From contig CAZVEF010000019.1 in assembly GCA_964625715.1 (NCBI GenBank), forward strand, positions 1 through 27,517: a stretch of DNA of 27,517 bases. The letters run 5' to 3'. The DNA is from an uncultured Spirochaetaceae bacterium (GTDB taxonomy: Bacteria > Spirochaetota > Spirochaetia > DSM-27196 > SLST01). The notes under the pieces were generated by a model that saw only the letters and a program-made list of their open reading frames with translations, was not told the DNA's origin and ran no database searches. How positions within the stretch are numbered: the stretch's first letter is position 1; every line of letters begins with the position of its first letter. This document shows, in pieces, positions 25,017-27,517 of this stretch. The position numbers and the translations under genes are program-made.

Positions 25017-25035
25017 ACCGTCGCCCTGACGGTGT
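25017..25035 (+). terminator. weak candidate hairpin (7-bp GC-rich stem CACCGTC/GACGGTG, 5-nt loop) in the convergent intergenic region
   Basis: It lies 30 nt after the stop of the 23685-24986 gene. Only TT follows it, so it is not a canonical intrinsic terminator. Confidence 0.15.
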
Positions 25036-25106
25036 TCACGCCCATCGCCGGCGGCCACGTCGTCGCCCATCGCGACCCACTGTGGATGAACCCGTCGACG
25101 GCGAGC

Positions 25107-27398
25107 CTACGTGTCCTCCGTCCCGGGCACTTCGTATTCGGTCAGGAATCGATCCATCTCGGCGAGCGTTCGAACGGTGAGGATTTCGGACGCGAACGCC
25201 TCGCTCGTCGCCGCGTCGTATCGGGCGATGGTGTCGCGGACCGACCGCAGCGCGCGAGGGGCGACGCTGAGCGCCTTGATGCCGATGCCGAGGAAGAAGG
25301 GTACCATGTACGGGTCGGCCGCGCTCTCTCCGCAGACGCTGAGACGATCGATCCGGTCGCCCACACGGCGTGCTATGTCGGCTATCGTCCGCAGCACGAC
25401 CGGGTGGTGGCTGCGGTAGAGCTCGGAGAGCCGTTCGTTCGTCCGGTCGACGGCGAGCAGGTACATGATGAGGTCGTTCGTGCCGATCGACAGAAAATCG
25501 GTCTGATCGGCGAGCTCCTCGATCGTGACGACCGCGCTCGGCAGCTCGACCATCGCGCCGATCTGCGGCTCGGTGTGGTGTTCCACGCCTGCTCGCTCGA
25601 GCTCGTCGATGCACAGCTCCACCTCTGCGCGCGCCTCGCGGATCTCTTCGACGCTCGAGACCATGGGGAACATGATGCGCAGGTCGGCTCCGTGACCGGC
25701 GCGGAGCATCGCGCGCAGCTGCTCGCGGAAGAGCGCCCGATTGGCGAGTGAGAACCGGATTCCGCGTACGCCGAGGAACGGGTTGCGTTCCTCTTCTCGT
25801 CCGGCGAGCAGCTTGTCTCCGCCGATGTCGGCGGTGCGCAGGACGACCGGGCGGTCGGGCATGCTCTGCACGATCGTGCGGTAGACGCGGTACTGCTCAT
25901 CCTCGCTGATGTAGTCGTTGCGCACGATGAAGGGGAACTCGCTGCGGTACAGGCCGATGCCCTGCGCCTCCGCCGCGGCCGCCCTCCGAGCGTCGCTCAG
26001 GAGGTTCACGTTGGCGTAGAGGCGGACGCCGCTCGCCTGCTCCGGTCTTCGGGACGGCTGCGCGTCGGCCGACTCCCCTGAGAATACACGGCCGGCGCCG
26101 GACGCCGGTGCGGCGCCGATCCCGTGGTCCAGCAGCTGCTCGGCGGTCGGCGAGATGAGCAGCTTTCCGTTGTCCGCGTCGAGCAACAGCGGCGTACGCG
26201 TCGCGATTTCGAGGACGGTGCGATCTCCGGTCATGAGCACCGGCAGCCCCAGCGACTGCGCGAGAATCGCGATGTGCGCGGTGACCGTCGTACCCAGGAT
26301 GACGACGCCGGAGGCGTGCCCCATCGCGAGGCGGACAAGATCGCTCGGCAGCACGTCCTGCACGACGGCGATGTGCCCGGCGAGCTCCTCGTGCGAGTGG
26401 TCATCCGGCGCGAGGTTGTCGAGCAGGCGCTGCCCGATGTCGCGCACGTCCTGCGCCTTCTCCGCGAGGCGCGCCTCGCGCAGCCCGCGGAACGTGCGGA
26501 CGAAGGAGGCTACGACCGACTGGACCGCGTCCTCCGGGGTCTGTCCCGCCTCGACGAGGCTGCGGATCGGGCCGCAGAAGGCCTCGTCGGTGAGCATGAG
26601 CAGATGCGTTGAGAAGATGAGCGAGACGACGTCGTAGAGCTCGTTCGTCGAGTCGGAGAGCAGCGCCTCCATGTCGGCGCGCGCCTTCTCGAAGGCCGCG
26701 TCGAGCCGCTGAAGCGCTTGCTCGCGGTCCTCTTCTACCTTCTCCGTGGTGCCCCCGCGCTCCATGCCCGAACGGAACCGCAACGCCGGCCCCACGGCGA
26801 CGCCTTCGCCGGCACCGTGGCCGAAGATCGCGTCCGACGGGAGCTCGAGCGATTCCTCGCTCTCCTCGATCCGGGTGTCGCCGATGGGCATCGCCGCCTC
26901 GGCGAGGATTGCGGCAAGCTGCGCCGCGGCGTCGTGGAGCACCGCGGGCGCCTCGTCGGCGAACGGTTCGTCGGCGAGCGCGACGACCGCGCCGATCCAG
27001 CGCTTCCCGTCGTGGATCGGGCTCGCGATGCGCTCGCCCCGCGGCGCGGCGTGCATGTAATCGCGCAGCGTCCCGGCGCTCAGGTCGTCGCCGTCGATGC
27101 CGCGCCGCAGCAGATCCGCAGGAGCGCGATCGGCGTCCCGGAGCGCCGTGCGCGAGCGGTCGGCCCACGCGCGGAGCGACAGACGGCTCGTCGACGGGTC
27201 GAGCAGGTAGACGCCCACGACCGTTGCCGAAACGTGTCCGCGGATCGCGTCGGAGACCTCATCGAGGTAGCCGTCGAGCTCGTGCGGTCGCTCGAGCGAC
27301 ACCTCCGACGGCGACGGCAGCTCGAGCCGCAGTGCCGTGCCCTCCGCAGAAGGCTCGCGCGCAGAGTCGTCGCGAGTCGCTCGTCGTGTCCCACTCAC
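25107..27398 (-). CDS. ptsP: phosphoenolpyruvate-protein phosphotransferase with N-terminal GAF domain (PtsP / EI-Ntr type)
   Basis: N-terminal GAF-like region of about 150 aa. PEP-utilizing mobile domain (GHASGVVILGTTVTAHIAILAQSLGLPV). C-terminal TIM barrel (GLYRSEFPF, SIGTNDL). The ORF-track start at 27398 is a GTG with no SD, so the exact start is uncertain. Confidence 0.85.
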   Translation of the reverse strand: MSGTRRATRDDSAREPSAEGTALRLELPSPSEVSLERPHELDGYLDEVSDAIRGHVSATVVGVYLLDPSTSRLSLRAWADRSRTALRDADRAPADLLRRGIDGDDLSAGTLRDYMHAAPRGERIASPIHDGKRWIGAVVALADEPFADEAPAVLHDAAAQLAAILAEAAMPIGDTRIEESEESLELPSDAIFGHGAGEGVAVGPALRFRSGMERGGTTEKVEEDREQALQRLDAAFEKARADMEALLSDSTNELYDVVSLIFSTHLLMLTDEAFCGPIRSLVEAGQTPEDAVQSVVASFVRTFRGLREARLAEKAQDVRDIGQRLLDNLAPDDHSHEELAGHIAVVQDVLPSDLVRLAMGHASGVVILGTTVTAHIAILAQSLGLPVLMTGDRTVLEIATRTPLLLDADNGKLLISPTAEQLLDHGIGAAPASGAGRVFSGESADAQPSRRPEQASGVRLYANVNLLSDARRAAAAEAQGIGLYRSEFPFIVRNDYISEDEQYRVYRTIVQSMPDRPVVLRTADIGGDKLLAGREEERNPFLGVRGIRFSLANRALFREQLRAMLRAGHGADLRIMFPMVSSVEEIREARAEVELCIDELERAGVEHHTEPQIGAMVELPSAVVTIEELADQTDFLSIGTNDLIMYLLAVDRTNERLSELYRSHHPVVLRTIADIARRVGDRIDRLSVCGESAADPYMVPFFLGIGIKALSVAPRALRSVRDTIARYDAATSEAFASEILTVRTLAEMDRFLTEYEVPGTEDT

Positions 27399-27404
27399 AC
27401 GCAG

Positions 27405-27433
27405 AAGCTATGCCTGGCATGGAGGCCGGTCAA
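27405..27433 (-). promoter_or_regulatory. candidate promoter TTGACC-N17-TAGCTT on the minus strand immediately upstream of ptsP
   Basis: Reverse complement of 27428-27433 is TTGACC, followed by a 17-nt spacer. Reverse complement of 27405-27410 is TAGCTT. The predicted transcription start falls at or within a few nt of the GTG at 27398. Confidence 0.25.
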
Positions 27434-27447
27434 GCGGGCTTGCGACG

Positions 27448-27517
27448 TCAGCCGACCGCCGTGAGAGCCGTGTGGATCTCGTTGGCGATCGCGTCGGCGT
27501 CGGCGAGCCGCTCCTTC
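27448..27517 (-). CDS. 3' end of an upstream minus-strand gene (C-terminus ...KERLADADAIANEIHTALTAVG*), possibly HPr/NPr-like
   Basis: An open frame runs to the window edge with GC3-rich codons and a TGA stop (complement of 27448-27450). Its position immediately upstream of ptsP, and the acidic/Ala-rich helix, are compatible with an HPr-family C-terminus. Too short to call. Confidence 0.3.
   Translation of the reverse strand, partial: KERLADADAIANEIHTALTAVG

Noticed and set aside
1-27517. tRNA, rRNA, CRISPR or mobile-element content
   Set aside because: Scanning the intergenic regions found no T-loop-like GTTCGANTC motifs or cloverleaf-sized gaps. No regularly spaced direct repeats with spacers are present. 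No transposase or integrase-like ORFs or terminal inverted repeats were seen. The only repeats are the two local tandem arrays reported.

Overview
This is a high-GC (about 68%) bacterial chromosomal segment with dense coding on both strands. I found no rRNA, tRNA, CRISPR array, transposase or integrase. About 27 protein genes are supported, mostly housekeeping: GDPD, a DUF368 membrane protein, RlpA, an HD hydrolase, class I LysRS, RpiA, RbsK, Era, a ClpP-like peptidase, PurC, an EEP-family nuclease/phosphatase, an AKR, a BioY-family transporter and a GAF-PtsP. Three compact units look more like accessory modules. (1) A translationally coupled operon on the + strand: CheY-like response regulator -> LEA_2 (WHy) lipoprotein -> 260-aa unknown protein -> MscS channel. 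(2) A minus-strand DNA-transaction operon: short RmuC -> family-B DNA polymerase (Pol II-like) -> SMUG1-type uracil-DNA glycosylase, with the EEP gene overlapping convergently. (3) A YtrA-type GntR regulator overlapping an SPFH/stomatin membrane protein, transcribed divergently from a BioY-family biotin-transporter gene across a palindromic operator that overlaps a consensus TATAAT. Structural oddities include a G-tract-rich imperfect tandem repeat in a divergent promoter region, an exact 41-bp tandem duplication over the mscS stop, a ClpP paralog with a non-canonical acidic N-terminus, and several 1-23 nt gene overlaps. Most of the long ORFs in the six-frame track are antisense artefacts of the high GC content; I judged the real frame by motif content, signal peptides and GC3-rich codon usage. 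All functional calls rest on motif-level recognition without a database search.
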